Source: the human T2T-CHM13v2.0 reference genome, Homo sapiens. Taken from it: a stretch of DNA of 64,000 nucleotides. A model generated the notes under the pieces. The model searched no databases. It was not told the origin of the DNA and was given only the letters and a program-made list of their open reading frames with translations. The position numbers and the translations under genes were made by a program. The stretch lies in assembly GCF_009914755.1 (NCBI RefSeq), contig NC_060933.1; one strand, 5' to 3'. Positions 15,401-29,429 of the stretch are shown piece after piece; the stretch's first letter is position 1; each line of letters starts with the position of its first letter.

Positions 15401-18400
15401 TGATTCCATTCCTTTCCATTCCATTCGGTTTGAAGGCATTCCATTCCATTCCATTCCATTCCATTCCATTGTACTCGGGTTGATTCCATTCCATTGCATT
15501 CCATTCCATTCCAATCCGTTGCATTCCATTCCATTACATTCGGATTGATTCTATTCAACTCCCTTACTCTCCATTACATTCCATTCCATTCGGGTTGTTC
15601 CATTCCATTCCATTCCATTCCACTCCATTCTATTGCACTCGGGTTGATTCCATTCCATTCCATTACATTCCATTCCATTCCGGATGATTCCGTTCCATTG
15701 CATTCCGTTCCATTACATTCCCCTGCACTCGCGTTGATTCCATTCCATTCCATTCCATTCCATTCCATTACAATTCGTTCCATTCCATTCTATTCCGTAC
15801 CATTCCATTCCATTCCATACCATACCATACCATTCCATTCCATTCCATTCCATTCCATTCCGTTCCGTTCCATTCCGTTCCATTCCATTCCATTCCATTC
15901 TATTCGGGTTAATTCCATTCCATTCCATTCCAATCCATTCCATTCCATTGCAATCGAGTTGAATCCATTGCATTTCAATCCATTCCATTCCATTCCATTC
16001 CATTCCATTCCATTGCAATCGAGTTGAATCCATTGCATTTCATTCCATTCCATTCCATTCCATTCCATTCCGGAAGATTCCATTCCATTGCATTCCATTC
16101 CATTCCATTCCCCTGCACTTGCGTTGATTCCATTCCATTCCATTCCATTCCATTCCGTTCCGTTCCGTTCCATTTCATTCCATTCCATTCCATTCCATTC
16201 CGTTCCGTTCCATTCCATTCCATTCCATTCTATTCGGGTTAATTCCATTCCATTCCATTCGATTGCAATCGAGTTGATTCCATTCCATTGCATTCAATTC
16301 CGTTCCGGATGATTCCATTCTATTGCATTCCATTCCATTCCATTCCCCTGCAGTCGGGTTGATTCCATTCCATTCCATTCTATTCCATTCCATTCCGTTC
16401 CATTCCATTCCATTCCATTCTATTCGGGTTAATTCCATTCCATTCCTTTCCATTCCATTCCATTGCATTCCAATCGAGTTGATTCCATTCCATTCCATTC
16501 CATTCCATTCCACTCCATTCCAGTCCTTTCCATTCCATTACACTCGGGTTGATTCCGTTCTATTCCTTTCCATTCCATTCCATTCCATTGCAATCGAGTT
16601 GATTCCATTGCTTTGCATTCCATTCCATTCCATTCCATTCCGGATGATTCCATTCCATTGCTTTCCATTCCATTCCATTCCCCTGCACTCGGGTTGATTC
16701 CATTCCATTCTACTCCATTCCGTTCCATTCTAGTCCATTCCATTTTTTTCGGGTTAATTCCATTCCATTCCATTCCATTCCATTCCATTACAATGTAGTT
16801 GATTCCATTCAATTCCATTCCATTCCATTCCATTCCAGTCCTTTCCATTCCATTCCACTCGGGTTGATTCCATTCTATCAGTTTCCATTCCATTCCATTC
16901 CCTTCCATTCCAATCTGGTTGATTCCATTCCTTTCCCTTCCACTCGAATACATTCCCTCCTATTCCACTCAGAACGATTCCATTCCATTCCATTCCATTC
17001 CATTCCATTCCATTCCATTCCATTCCAGTTCGTTCCATTCCATTCTATTCCGTACCATTCTATTCCATTCCATTCCAGTCGTGGTGATTCCATTCCTTTC
17101 CATTCCATTCGGTTTGAAGGCATTCCATTCCATTCAATTCCATTCCATTCCATTCCATTCCATTCCATTCCATTCCATTGTACTCGAGTTGATTCCATTC
17201 CATTGCATTCCATTCCATTCCATTCCATTCCATTGTACTCGAGTTGATTCCATTCCATTGCATTCCATTCCATTCCATTCCATTCCATTCCAGTCCTTTC
17301 CATTCCATTCCACTCGGGTTGATTCCAATGTATTCCTTTCCATTCCATTCCATTCCATTGCAATCGAGTTGATTCCATTGCTTTGCATTCCATTCCATTC
17401 CATTCCATTCCGGATGACTCCATTCCATTGCATTCCATTCCATTGCATTCCCCTGCACTCGGGTTGATTCCATTCCATTCCACTCCATTCCGTTGCATTG
17501 CATTCCATTCCATTGTATTCGGGTTAATTCCATTCCATTCCATTCCATTCCATTCCATTCCATTACAATCGAGTTGATTCCATTCCATTCCATTCCATTT
17601 CATTCCATTCCAGTCCTTTCCATTCCATTCCACTCGGGTTGATTCCATTCTATTAGTTTCCATTCCATTCCGTTCCCTTCCATTCCACTCTGGTTGATTC
17701 CATTCCTTTCCATTCCACTCGAATACATTCCCTCCTATTCCACTCGGAACGATTCCATTCCATTCCATTCCATTCCATTCCATTCCATTCCATTCCATTC
17801 CATTCCATTTCGTTCCATTACATTCTATTCCGTATCATTCCATTCCATTCCATTCCATTCCATTCCATTCCACTCGTGTTGATTCCATTCCTTTCCATTC
17901 CATTCGGTTTGAAGGCATTCCATTCCATTCCATTCCATTCCATTCCATTCCATTCCATTCCATTCCATTCCATTGTACTCGGGTTGATTCCATTCCATTG
18001 CATTCCATCCCATTCCATTCCATTCCAATCCGTTGCATTCCATTCCATTCCATTCGGATTGATTCTATTCAACTCCCTTACTCTCCAATTACATTCCATT
18101 CCATTCGGGTTGTTCCATTCCATTCCATTCCATTCCACTCCATTCCATTGCACTCGGGTTGATTCCATTCCTTTCCATTCCATTCCATTCCATTCCGGAT
18201 GATTCCATTCCATTGCATTCCGTTCCATTACATTCCCCTGCACTCGCGTTGATTCCATTCCATTCCATTCCATTCCATTCCATTCCATTCCATTCCATTC
18301 AATTCCATTCCATTACAATTCGTTCCATTCCATTCTATTCCGTACCATTCCATTCCATTGCATACCATTCCATTCCATTCCATACCATTCCATTCCATTC

Positions 18401-20720
18401 CATTCCATTCCAATCTATTCCATTCCATTGCAATTGAGTTGAATCCATTGCATTTCATTCCATTCCATTCCATTCCATTCCATTGCAATCGAGTTGAATC
18501 CATTGCATTTCATTCCATTCCATTCCATTCCATTCCGGAAGATTCCATTCCATTGCATTCCATTCCATTCCATTCCCCTGCACTCGCGTTGATTCCATTC
18601 CATTCCATTCCATTCCATTCCATTCCATTCCGTTCCGTTCCGTTCCATTTCATTCCATTCCATTCCATTCCATTCCATTCCGTTCCGTTCCATTCCATTC
18701 CATTCCATTCTTTTCGGGTTAATTCCATTCCATTCCATTGCAATCGAGTTGATTCCATTCCATTCCATTCCATTCCATTCCATTCCATTCCATTCCATTC
18801 CAATCGAGTTGATTCCATTCCATTCCATTCCATTCCATTCCATTCCATTCCACTGCATTCCAGTCCTTTCCATTCCATTCCACTCGGGTTGATTCCATTC
18901 TATTCCTTTCCATTCCCTTCCATTCCATTGCAATCGAGTTGATTCCATTGCTTTGCATTCCATTCCATTCCATTGCATTCCGGATGATTCCATTCCATTG
19001 CATTTCATTCCATTCCATTTCCCTGCACTAGGGTTGATTCCATTCCATTCCACTCCATTCCCTTCCATTCTATTCCATTCCATTGTATTCGGGTTAATTC
19101 CATTCCATGCCATTTCATTCCATTCCATTCCATTCCATTCCATTCTATTACAATCGAGTTGATTCCATTCCATTCCATTCCATTCCATTCCATTCCATTC
19201 CAGTCCTTTCCATTCCATTCCACTCGGGTTGATTCCATTCTATTAGTTTCCATTCCATTCCATTCCCTTCCATTCCACTCTGGTTGATTCCATTCCTTTC
19301 CATTCCACTCGAATACATTCCCTCCTATTCCACTCGGAACGATTCCATTCCATTCCATTCCATTCCATTCCATTCCATTCCATTCCATTTCCTTCCATTC
19401 CATTCTATTCCGTACCATTCCATTCCATTCCATTCCATTCCTTTCCATTCCATTCCATTCCATTCCACTCTTGTTGATTCCATTCCTTTCCATTCCATTC
19501 GGTTTGAAGGCATTCCATTCCATTCAATTCCATTCCATTCCATTCCATTCCATTCCATTGTACTCGGGTTGATTCCATTCCATTGCATTCCATTCCATTC
19601 CATTCCATTCCATTCCGTTGCATTCCATTCCATTACATTCGGACTGATTCTATTCAACTCTCTTACTCTCCATTCCATTCCATTCCATTCGGGTTGTTCC
19701 ATTCCATTCCATTCCACTCCATTCCATTGCACTCGTGTTGATTCCATTCCATTCCATTCCATACCATTCCATTCCATTCCATTCAATTCCATTCCGTTCC
19801 ATTCCGTTCCATTCCATTCCATTCCATTCTATTCGGGTTAATTCCATTCCATTCCATTCCATTCCATTCTATTCCATTCCATTGCAATCGAGTTGAATCC
19901 ATTGCATTTCATGCCATTCCATTCCATTCCATTCCATTCCGGAAGATTCCATTCCATTGCATTCCATTCCATTCCATTCCCCTGCACTCGCGTTGATTCC
20001 ATTCCATTCCATTCCATTCCATTCCATTCCATTCCATTCCGTTCCGTTCCGTTCCGTTCCATTCCATTCTATTCCATTCCATTCCATTCCATTCCTTTCC
20101 GTTCCATTCCATTCCATTCCATTCTATTTGGGTTAATTCCATTCCATTCCATTCGATTGCAATCGAGTTGATTCCATTCCATTCCATTCCATTCCATTCC
20201 ATTCCATTCCATTCCTTTCCATTACATTACGGATGATTCCATTCCATTGCATTCCATTCCATTCCATTCCCCTGTACTCGGGTTGATTCCATTCCATTCC
20301 ATTCCAATCCATGCCATTCCACTCGTATTGATTCCATTCTTTCCATTCCATTCAAGTTGAATCCATTCCATTGCATTCCATTACATTCGATTCCATTCGA
20401 TTGCACTCGGGTTGATTCCATTCCATTGTATTCCATTCCATTCCATTCCATTCCATTCCATTCCGTTCCATTCCATTCCATTGCATTCGGATTGATTCTA
20501 TTCAACTCCCTTACTCTCCATTACTTTCGATTCCATTCGGGTTGTTCCATTCCATTCCATTCCATTCCACTCCATTCCATTGCACTCGGGTTGATTTTAT
20601 TCCATTCCATTCCATTCCGGAAGATTCCATTCCATTGCATTCCATTACATTCCATTCCCCTGCACTCGCGTTGATTCCATTCCATTCCATTCCATTCCAT
20701 TGCATTCCATTGCATTCCAT
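9430..20720 (+). repeat. HSat3 domain B
   Basis: Markers: CACTCGCGTTG, CCGGAAGATT, AACTCCCTTACTCTCC, TTACGGATGATT, TCAAGTTGAATCC, GGTTTGAAGGCATT, GAATACATTCCCTCC, TCGATTGCAATCGA. Confidence 0.75.
10204..10218. promoter_or_regulatory. Canonical heat-shock element nTTCn-nGAAn-nTTCn (first of ~8 in domain B)
   Basis: ATTCC GGAAG ATTCC. Also at 10444, 13620, 13864, 16067, 18532, 19936 and 20614. The motif match is exact; HSF1 occupancy is not shown. Confidence 0.55.
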
Positions 20721-23700
20721 TGCATTCCATTCGCCTGCACTCAGGTTGATTCCATTCCATTCCATTCCATTCCATTCCATTCCATTCCATTCCATTCTAT
20801 TCGCGTTAATTCCATTCCACTCCATTCCATTACATTCCATTGCAATAGACTTGATTCCATTCCATTCCATTCCATTCCATTCAAGTCCTTTCCATTCCAT
20901 TCCACTCGTGTTGATTCCATTTTATTAGTTTCCATTCCAATCCTTTCCCTTCCATTCCACTCTGGTTGATTCCATTCCTTTCCATTCCACTCGAATTCAT
21001 TCCCTTCTATTCCACTCGGAATGATTCCATTCCATTCCGTTCCATTCCATTCCATTCGATTCCATTTCCTACCATTGCATTCTATTCCGTACCATTCCAT
21101 TCCATTCCATTCCATCCCATTCCACTCTGGTTGATTCCATTGCTTTCCATTCCATTTGGGTTGAATCCATTCCATTCCATTCCATTCCATTCCATTGCAC
21201 TAGGTTTGATTCCATTCCACTGCATTCCATTCCATTCCATTCCATTCCATTCCATTCCATTCCATTCCGTTCCATTCAGTTCCATTACATTCGGATTGAT
21301 TCTTTTTAATTCCGTCAGACTCCATTACATTCCATTCCATTCGGGTACTTTCCATTCCATTCCATTCCATTCCATTCCATTGCACTGCATTATATTGCAC
21401 TCGGGTTGATTGATTCCATTCCATTGCATTCCATTCCATTCCATTCCATTCCGGATGATTCCATTCCATTGCATTCCATTCTATTCCATTCCCCTGCACT
21501 CGGGTTGATTCCATTCCATTCCATTCCATTCCATTCTGTTCCGTTCCATTCCATTCCATTCCATTCTGTTCAGGTTAATTCCATTCCATTCCCTTCCATT
21601 CCATTCCATTCCATTCCATTGCAATCGAATTGATTCCATTGCATTCCATTTCATTCCATTCCATTGCATTCCATTCCATTCCTATCCCCTGCACTCAGGT
21701 TGATTCCATTCCATTCCATTCCATTCCATTCCATTCTATTCCATTCCATTCTATTCGCGGTAATTCCATTCCATTCCATTCCATTACCTTCCATTGCAAT
21801 CGAGTTGATTCCATTCCATTCCGTTCCTTTCCATTCCATTCCATTCAAGTCCTTTCCATTCAATTCCAGTCGTGTTGATTCCATTTTATTAGTTTCCATT
21901 CCATTCCATTCCCTTCCATTCCACTCTGGTTGATTCCATTCCTTTCCATTCCACTCGAATACATTCCCTTCTATTCCACTCGGAATGATTCCATTCCATT
22001 CCGTTCCATTCCATTCCATTCCATTCCATTTCTTTCCATTCCATTCTATTCCGTACCATTCCATTCCATTCCATTCCATTCCATTCCATTCCATTCCATT
22101 CCATTCCATTCCATTCCATGCCATTCCACTCGGGTTGATTCCATTGCTTTCCATTCCATTTGGGTTGAATCCATTCCATTCCGTTCCATTCCATTCCATT
22201 ACATTCGGATTGATTGTATTCAATTCCCTTACACTCCATTTCATTCCATTCCATTCGAGTTGTTTCCATACCATTCCATTCCATTCTATTCCATTTCGTT
22301 CCATTCCATTCTATTCGGTACCATTCCATTCCATTCCATTCCATTCCATTCCATGCCATTCCAGTTGGGTTGATTCCCTTCCTTTCCATTCCATTCGAGT
22401 TGAATCCATTCCATTCCATTCCATTCCATTCCATTCCATTCTATTCCTTTCCATTCCATTGCACACGGGTTGATTCCATTCCATTCCTTTCTGTTCCATT
22501 CCGGATGACTCTATTCCATTGCATTCCATTCCATTCCATTCCCCTGCCCTCGGGTTCATTACATTCCATTCCATTTACTTCCATTCCATTGCATTCCATT
22601 CAATTCCATTATATTCGGGTTAATTCCATTCCATTCCATTCCATTCCATTCCATTCCATTCCATTCCATTCCATTCCATTGCATTCAATTGCAATCGACT
22701 TGATTCCATTCCATTCCATTCAATTCCGGATGATTCCATTCCATTGCCTTCAATTCCATTCCATTCCCCTGCACTCGGGTTGATTCCATTCCATTCCATT
22801 CCATTCCATTCCATTTCATTCCATTCCATTTCGTTCCATTCCATTCTTTTGCGTTCCATTCCATTCCATTCCATTCCATTCCATTCCATTCCATTCCTTT
22901 CCATTCTATTCGGGTTAATTCCATTCCATTCCATTCCATTCCATTCCGTTCCATTCAATTCCATTACATTCGGATTGATTCTTTCTTATTCCCTTACACT
23001 CCATTACATTCTATTCCATTCGGGTAGTTTCCATACCATTCCATTCCATTCCACTGCATTCTATTGCACTCGGGTTGATTGATTCCATTCCATTGCATTC
23101 CATTCCATTCCATTCCTTTCCGGATGATTCCATTCCATTGCATTCCATTGCATTCCATTCCCCTGTACTCGGGTTGATCCCATTCCATTGCATTCCATTC
23201 CATTCCATTCCATTCCGTTCCGTTCCATTCCATTCCCTTCCATTCTCTTCAGGTTAATTCCATTCCATTCCATTCCCTTCCATTCCATTCCATTCCATTC
23301 CATTCCATTCCATTCCATGCCATTCCACTCGGGTTGATTCCATTCCTTTCCATTCCATTCGAGTTGAACCCATTCCATTCCATTCCATTCCATTGCATTC
23401 CACTCGGGTTGATTCCATTCCTTTCCATTCCATTCGGGTTGAAACCATTCCATTCCATACCATTCCTTTCGATTCCATTCCATTTCACTCAGGTTGATCC
23501 CATTCCATTGCATTCCATTCCATTCCATTGCATTCCATTCCGTTCCATTCCATTCCATTACATTCGTATTGATTCTATTCAATTCCCTTACCCTCCATTA
23601 CATTCCATTCCTTTCGGGTTGTTTCCATTCCATTCCATTCCATTCCACTCCATTCCATTTCAATCGGGTGATTCCATTACATTCCATTGCATTCCATTCC

Positions 23701-26700
23701 ATTCCATTCCAATCCGTATAATTCCATTCCATTGCATTCCATTCCATTCCATTCCCTTGCACTCGGGTGGATTCCATTCTATTCCATTCCATTCCATTCC
23801 ATTCCATTCCATTCCATTCTATTCGGGTTAATTTCATTCCATTCCATTCCATTCCCTTCCATTGCATTCCATTCCATTCCATTCCATTCCATTGAAATCG
23901 AGTTGATTCCATTCCATTCCATTCCATTCCATTCTATTCGGGTTAATTCCATTCCATTCCATTCCATTCCATTTCCTTCCATTCCATTCTATTCCATTCC
24001 ATTCCATTCCATTCCTTTCTATTTGGGTTAATTCCATTCCATTCCATTCCATTCTATTCCATCCCATTCCATTCCATTCCATTGCAATCGAGTTGATTCC
24101 ATTCCATTCCATTCCATTCCATTCCATTCCACTCAATTCCATTGAACTCGGGTTAATTCCATTCCATTCCATTCCATTCCATTCCCTTCCATTCCATTCT
24201 ATTCCATCCCATTCCATTCCAATCCATTCTATTAGGGTTAATTCCATTCCATTCCATTCCATTCCATTCCATTCCATCCCATTCCATTCCATTCCATTGC
24301 AATCGAGTTGATTCCATTCCATTCCATTCCATTCCATTCCATTCAATTCCATTGAACTCGGGTTGATTCCATTCCATTCCATGCCATTCCATTTCATTCC
24401 ATTCCATTCCATTCCATTCCATTCCTTTCCGTTCCATTCCATTACATTCGGATTGATTATATTCAATTCCCTTACACTCATTACATTCTATTCCATTCGT
24501 GTTGTTTCCATTCTATTCCATTCCATTCCACTCCATTCCATTGCACTCTGGTTGATTCCATTCCATTCCCTTCCATTCCGTATGACTCCATTCCATTTCA
24601 TTCCATTCCATTGCATTCCCCTGCACTGGAGTTGATTACATTCCATTCCATTCCCTTCCTTTCCGTTCCATTCCATTCTGTTCGGGTTAATTCCATTCCA
24701 TTCCATTACATTAAATTCCCTTCCATTCCATTCCATTCCATTCCATTCCATTCCATTGCAATCGACTTGATTCCATTCCATTCCATTCCATTCCATTCCA
24801 TTCCATTCCGGATGATTCCATTCCATTGCCTTCCATTCCATTCCATTACCATGCACTCTGGTTCTTTCCATTCCATTCCATTCCATTCCATTGCATTCCA
24901 TTTCGTTCCATTCGATTCTATTCCGTACCATTCAATTCCATTCCATTCCATGCCATTCCATTCCATTCCAGTCCATGCCATTCCACTCGGGTTGATTTCA
25001 TTCCTTTCCATTCCATTCGAGTTGTATCCTTTCCATTCCATTCCATTCCATTCGATTCCATTCCATTGCACACGGGTTCATTCCATTCCATTCCATTCCA
25101 TTCCATTCCATTCCATTCCATTCCATTTCGTTCCATTCCATTCTATTCCGTACCATTCCATTCCATTCCATTCCATTCCAGTCCATTCCATGCCATTCCA
25201 CTCGGGTTGATTCCATTCCTTTCCATTCCATTTGGGTTGAATCCATTCCATTCCATTCCATTCCATTCGATTCCATTACATTACACTTGGGTTGATTCCA
25301 TTCCATTCCATTCCATTCCACTTCATTCCATTCCATGCCATTCCATTCCATTCCATTCCATTCCATTCCATACCATTCCATTCCATTCCATTCCATGCCA
25401 TTCCACTCGGGTTGATTCCATTACTTTCCATTCCTTTCGAGTTGAACCCATTCCATTCCATTCCATTCCATTCCATTCCATTGCACACGGGTTCATTCCA
25501 TTCCATTCCATTCCATTCCATTCCATTCCACTCCATTCCATGCCATTCCACTCGGGTTTATTCCATTCCTTTCCATTCCATTTGGGTTGAATCCATTCCA
25601 TTCCGTTCCATTCCATTCCATTCCATTCCATTCCATGCCATTGCACTCGGGTTGATTCCATTCCTTTCCATTCCATTCGAATTGAACCCATTCCGTTCCA
25701 TTCCATTCCATTCCATTCCATTCCATTCCATTCCATTCCATTCCATTCCATTGCTCACGGGTTCATTCCATTCCATTCCATTCCATTCCATTTCGTTCCA
25801 TTCCATTCTACTCCGTACCATTCCATTCCATTCAATTCCCTTCCATGCCATTTCACTCTGGTTTATTCCATTCCTTTCCATTCCATTCGGGTTGAATCCA
25901 TTCCATTCCATTCCATTCCATTCCATTCCATTCCATTGCGCTCGGGTTGATTCCATTCCATTCTATGCCATTCCATTTCATTCCATTCCATTCCATTCCA
26001 TTCCATTCCATTCCATTCCTTTCCTTTCAATTCCATTCCATTACATTCGGATTGATTCTTTTTAATTCCTATACACTCCATTACATTCCATTCCATTCGG
26101 GTAATTTCCATTCCATTCCATTCCATTCCACTGCATTCTATTGCACTCGCGTTGATTGATTCCATTCCATTGCATTCCATTCCATTCCATTCCATTCCAT
26201 TCCATTCCATTCCATTCTGTTCAGGTTAATTCCATTCCATTCCATTCCCTTCCATTCCATTCCATTCCATTCGATCCCATTGCAATCGAGGTGATTCCAT
26301 TGCATTCCATTCCATTGCATTCCATTGCATTCCATTCCATTCCATTCCCCTGCACTCAGATTGATTCCATTCCATTCCTTTCCATTCCATTCCGTTCCAT
26401 TCCTTTCCATTCCATTCTATTTGCGTTAATTCCGTTCCATTCCATTCCATTACATTCCTTTGCAATCGAGTTGATTCCATTCCATTCCGTTCCATTCCAT
26501 TCCATTCCATTCCATTCCATGCCATTCCACTCGGGTTGATTCCATTCCTTTCCATTCCATTCGAGTTGAATCCATTCCATTCCATTCCATTCCATTCGAT
26601 TCCTTTCCATTGCTCACGTGTTCATTCCATTCCATTCCATTCCATTCCATTCCATTTCGTTCCATTCCATTCTCTTCCGTAGTATTCCATTCCATTCCAT

Positions 26701-29410
26701 TCCACTCCATTCCATGCCATTCCACTCGGGTTTATTCCATTCCTTTCCATTCCATTCGGGTTGAATTCATTCCATTCCATTCCATTCCATTCCATTCAAT
26801 TCCATTACATTGCACTCGGGTTGATTCCATTCCATTCCATTCCATTTCAATCCATTCCCTTCCATTCCATTTCATTCCATTCCATTCCATTCCATTCCAT
26901 TCCATTCCATTCCTTTCCATTCCATTCCATGCCATTCCACTCGGGTTGATTCCATTCCTTTCCATTCCATTCTAGTTGAACCCATTCCATTCCATTCCAT
27001 TCCATTCCATTCCATTCCATTGCACACGGGTTCATTCCATTCCATTCCATTCCATTCCATTCCATTCCATTCCATTTCGTTCCATTCCATTCTATTCTTT
27101 ACCATTCCATTCCATTCCATTCCCTTCCATGCCATTTCACTCGGGTTTATTCCATTCCTTTCCATTCCGTTCGGGTTGAATCCATTCCATTCCATTCCAT
27201 TCCATTCCATTCCATTGAACTCGGGTTGATTCCATTCCATTCCATGCCATTCCATTTCATTCCATTCCATTCCATTCCATTCCATTCCATTCCGTTCCCT
27301 TCCATTCCATTACATTCGGATTGATTCTTTTTAATTCCCTTACACTCGATTACATTCCTTTCCATTCGGGTACTTTCCATTCCATTCCATTCCATTCCAC
27401 TGCATTCTATTGCACTCGGGTTGATTGATTCCATTCCATTGCATTCCATTCCATTCCATTCCCCTGCACTCGGGTTGATCCCATTCCATTGCATTCCATT
27501 CCATTCCATTCCATTCCATTCCGTTCCATTCCATTCCATTCCATTCTCTTAAGCTTAATTCCATTCAATTCCATTCCCTTCCTTTCTGTTCCATTCCATT
27601 CCATTCCATTCTGTTCAGGTTAATTCCATTCCATTCCATTCCCTTCCATTCCATTCCATTCCATTCCATCCCATTGCAATCTAGTTGATTCCATTGCATT
27701 CCATTCCATTCCATTCCATTCCATTGCATTCCATTCCATTCCATTCCCCTGCACTCAGATTGATTCCATTCTATCCCATTCCATTCCATTCCGTTCCATT
27801 ACATTCCATTCCATTCTATTCACGTTAATTCCATTCCATTCCATTCCATTACATTCCATTGCAATCGAGTTGATTCCATTCCATTCCGTTCCATTCCATT
27901 CCATTCCATTCCATTTCATTCCATTCCATTCTATTCTGCACCATTCCATTCCATTCCATTCCTTTCCATTCCATGCCATTCCACTCGGGTTGATTCCATT
28001 GCTTTCCATTCCATTTGGGTTGAATCCAATCCATTCCATTCCATTCCATTCCATTCCATTCCATTCCATTCCGTTCCATTCCATTCCATTGCACTAGGTT
28101 TGATTCCATTCCACTGCATTCCATTCCATTCCATTCCGTTCCATTCCATTCCATTACATTCGGATTCATTGTATTCAATTCCCTTACACTCCATTATATT
28201 CCATTCCATTCGGGTTGTTTCCATTCCATTACATTCCATTCCACTCCATTCCATTGCACTCAGGTTGATTCCATTCCATTCCATTCCATTCCATTCCATT
28301 TCGTTCCATTCCATTCTATTCTGTACCATTCCTTTCCATTCCATTCCATTCCATTCCATGCGATTCCACTCAGGTTTATTCCGTTCCTTTCCATTCCATT
28401 CGGGTTGAATCCATTCCATTCCATTCCATTCCATTCCATTCCATTCCATTCCTTTGCACTCGGGTGGATTCCATTCCATTCCCTGCCATTCCATTTCATT
28501 CCATTCCATTCCATTCCATTCCATTCCATTCCACTGCATTCTATTGCACTCGGGTTGATTGATTCCATTCCATTGTATTCCATTCCATTCCATTCCATTC
28601 CATTCCATTCCATTCTGTTCAGGTTAATTCCATTCCATTCCATTCCCTTCCATTCCATTCCATTCCATTCCATCCCATTGCAATCGAGGTGATTCCATTG
28701 CATTCCATTCCATTCCATTCCATTGCATTCCATTCCATTGCATTCCCCTGCACTCAGATTGATTCCATTCCATTCCTTTCCATTCCATTCCGTTCCATTC
28801 CTTTCCATTCCATTCTAATTACGTTAATTCCGTTCCATTCCATTCCATTACATTCCTTTGCAATCGAGTTGATTGCATTCCATTCCGTTCCATTCCATTC
28901 CATTCCATTCCATTCCATTCCATGCCATTCCTCTCGGGTTGATTCCATTCCTTTGTATTCCATTCGAGTTGAATCCATTCCATTCCATTCTATTCCATTC
29001 GATTCCATTCCATTGCTCACGTGTTCATTCCATTCTATTCCATTCCATTCCATTCCATTCCATTCCATTTCGTTCCATTCCATTCTCTTCCGTAGTATTC
29101 CATTCCATTCCATTCCACTCCATTCCATGCCATTCCACTCGGGTTTATTCCATTCCTTTCCATTCCATTCGGGTTGAATTCATTCCATTCCATTCCATTC
29201 CATTCAATTCCATTACATTGCACTCGGGTTGATTCCATTCCATTCCATTCCATTTCAATCCATTCCCTTCCATTCCATTTCATTCCATTCCATTCCATTC
29301 CATTCCATTCCATTCCATGCCATTCCACTCGGGTTGATTCCATTCCTTTCCATTCCATTCTAGTTGAACCCATTCCATTCCATTCCATTACATTCCATTC
29401 CATTGCACAC
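20720..29410 (+). repeat. HSat3 domain C
   Basis: Markers: TGCACACGGGTTC, frequent CCATGCCATT, CTGTTCAGGTT, CTCAGATTG, CTTTTTAATTCC, GCTTTCCATTCCATTTGGG. B markers are essentially absent. Confidence 0.75.
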
Positions 29411-29412
29411 GG
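26125..29412. repeat. ~2.4-kb-offset duplication truncated by the inversion
   Basis: GCAATCGAGGTG (~26282/28680), CTCTTCCGTAGTATT (~26672/29085), TCTAGTTGAACCC (~26971/29359), TGCACACGG (27021/29404). Confidence 0.85.
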
Positions 29413-29429
29413 AATGGAATGGAATGGAA
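29383..29429. other. Satellite inversion breakpoint (strand switch)
   Basis: ...CATTCCATTCCATTGCACAC|GGAATGGAATGGAATGGAAACAACCCGAAT... The left motif TGCACACGGGTTC is cut after GG, so GG at 29411-29412 is shared by both arms. No foreign insert. Confidence 0.95.

Larger units (their letters stand above)
1..29410 (+). repeat. Human Satellite III (HSat3) array, CATTC orientation on + strand
   Basis: Continuous (CATTC)n with the Sat III-diagnostic decamer ACTCGGGTTG/ATTCGGGTT(G/A) throughout. CATTCGATTC, the dominant HSat2 motif, is only sporadic. Confidence 0.96.
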
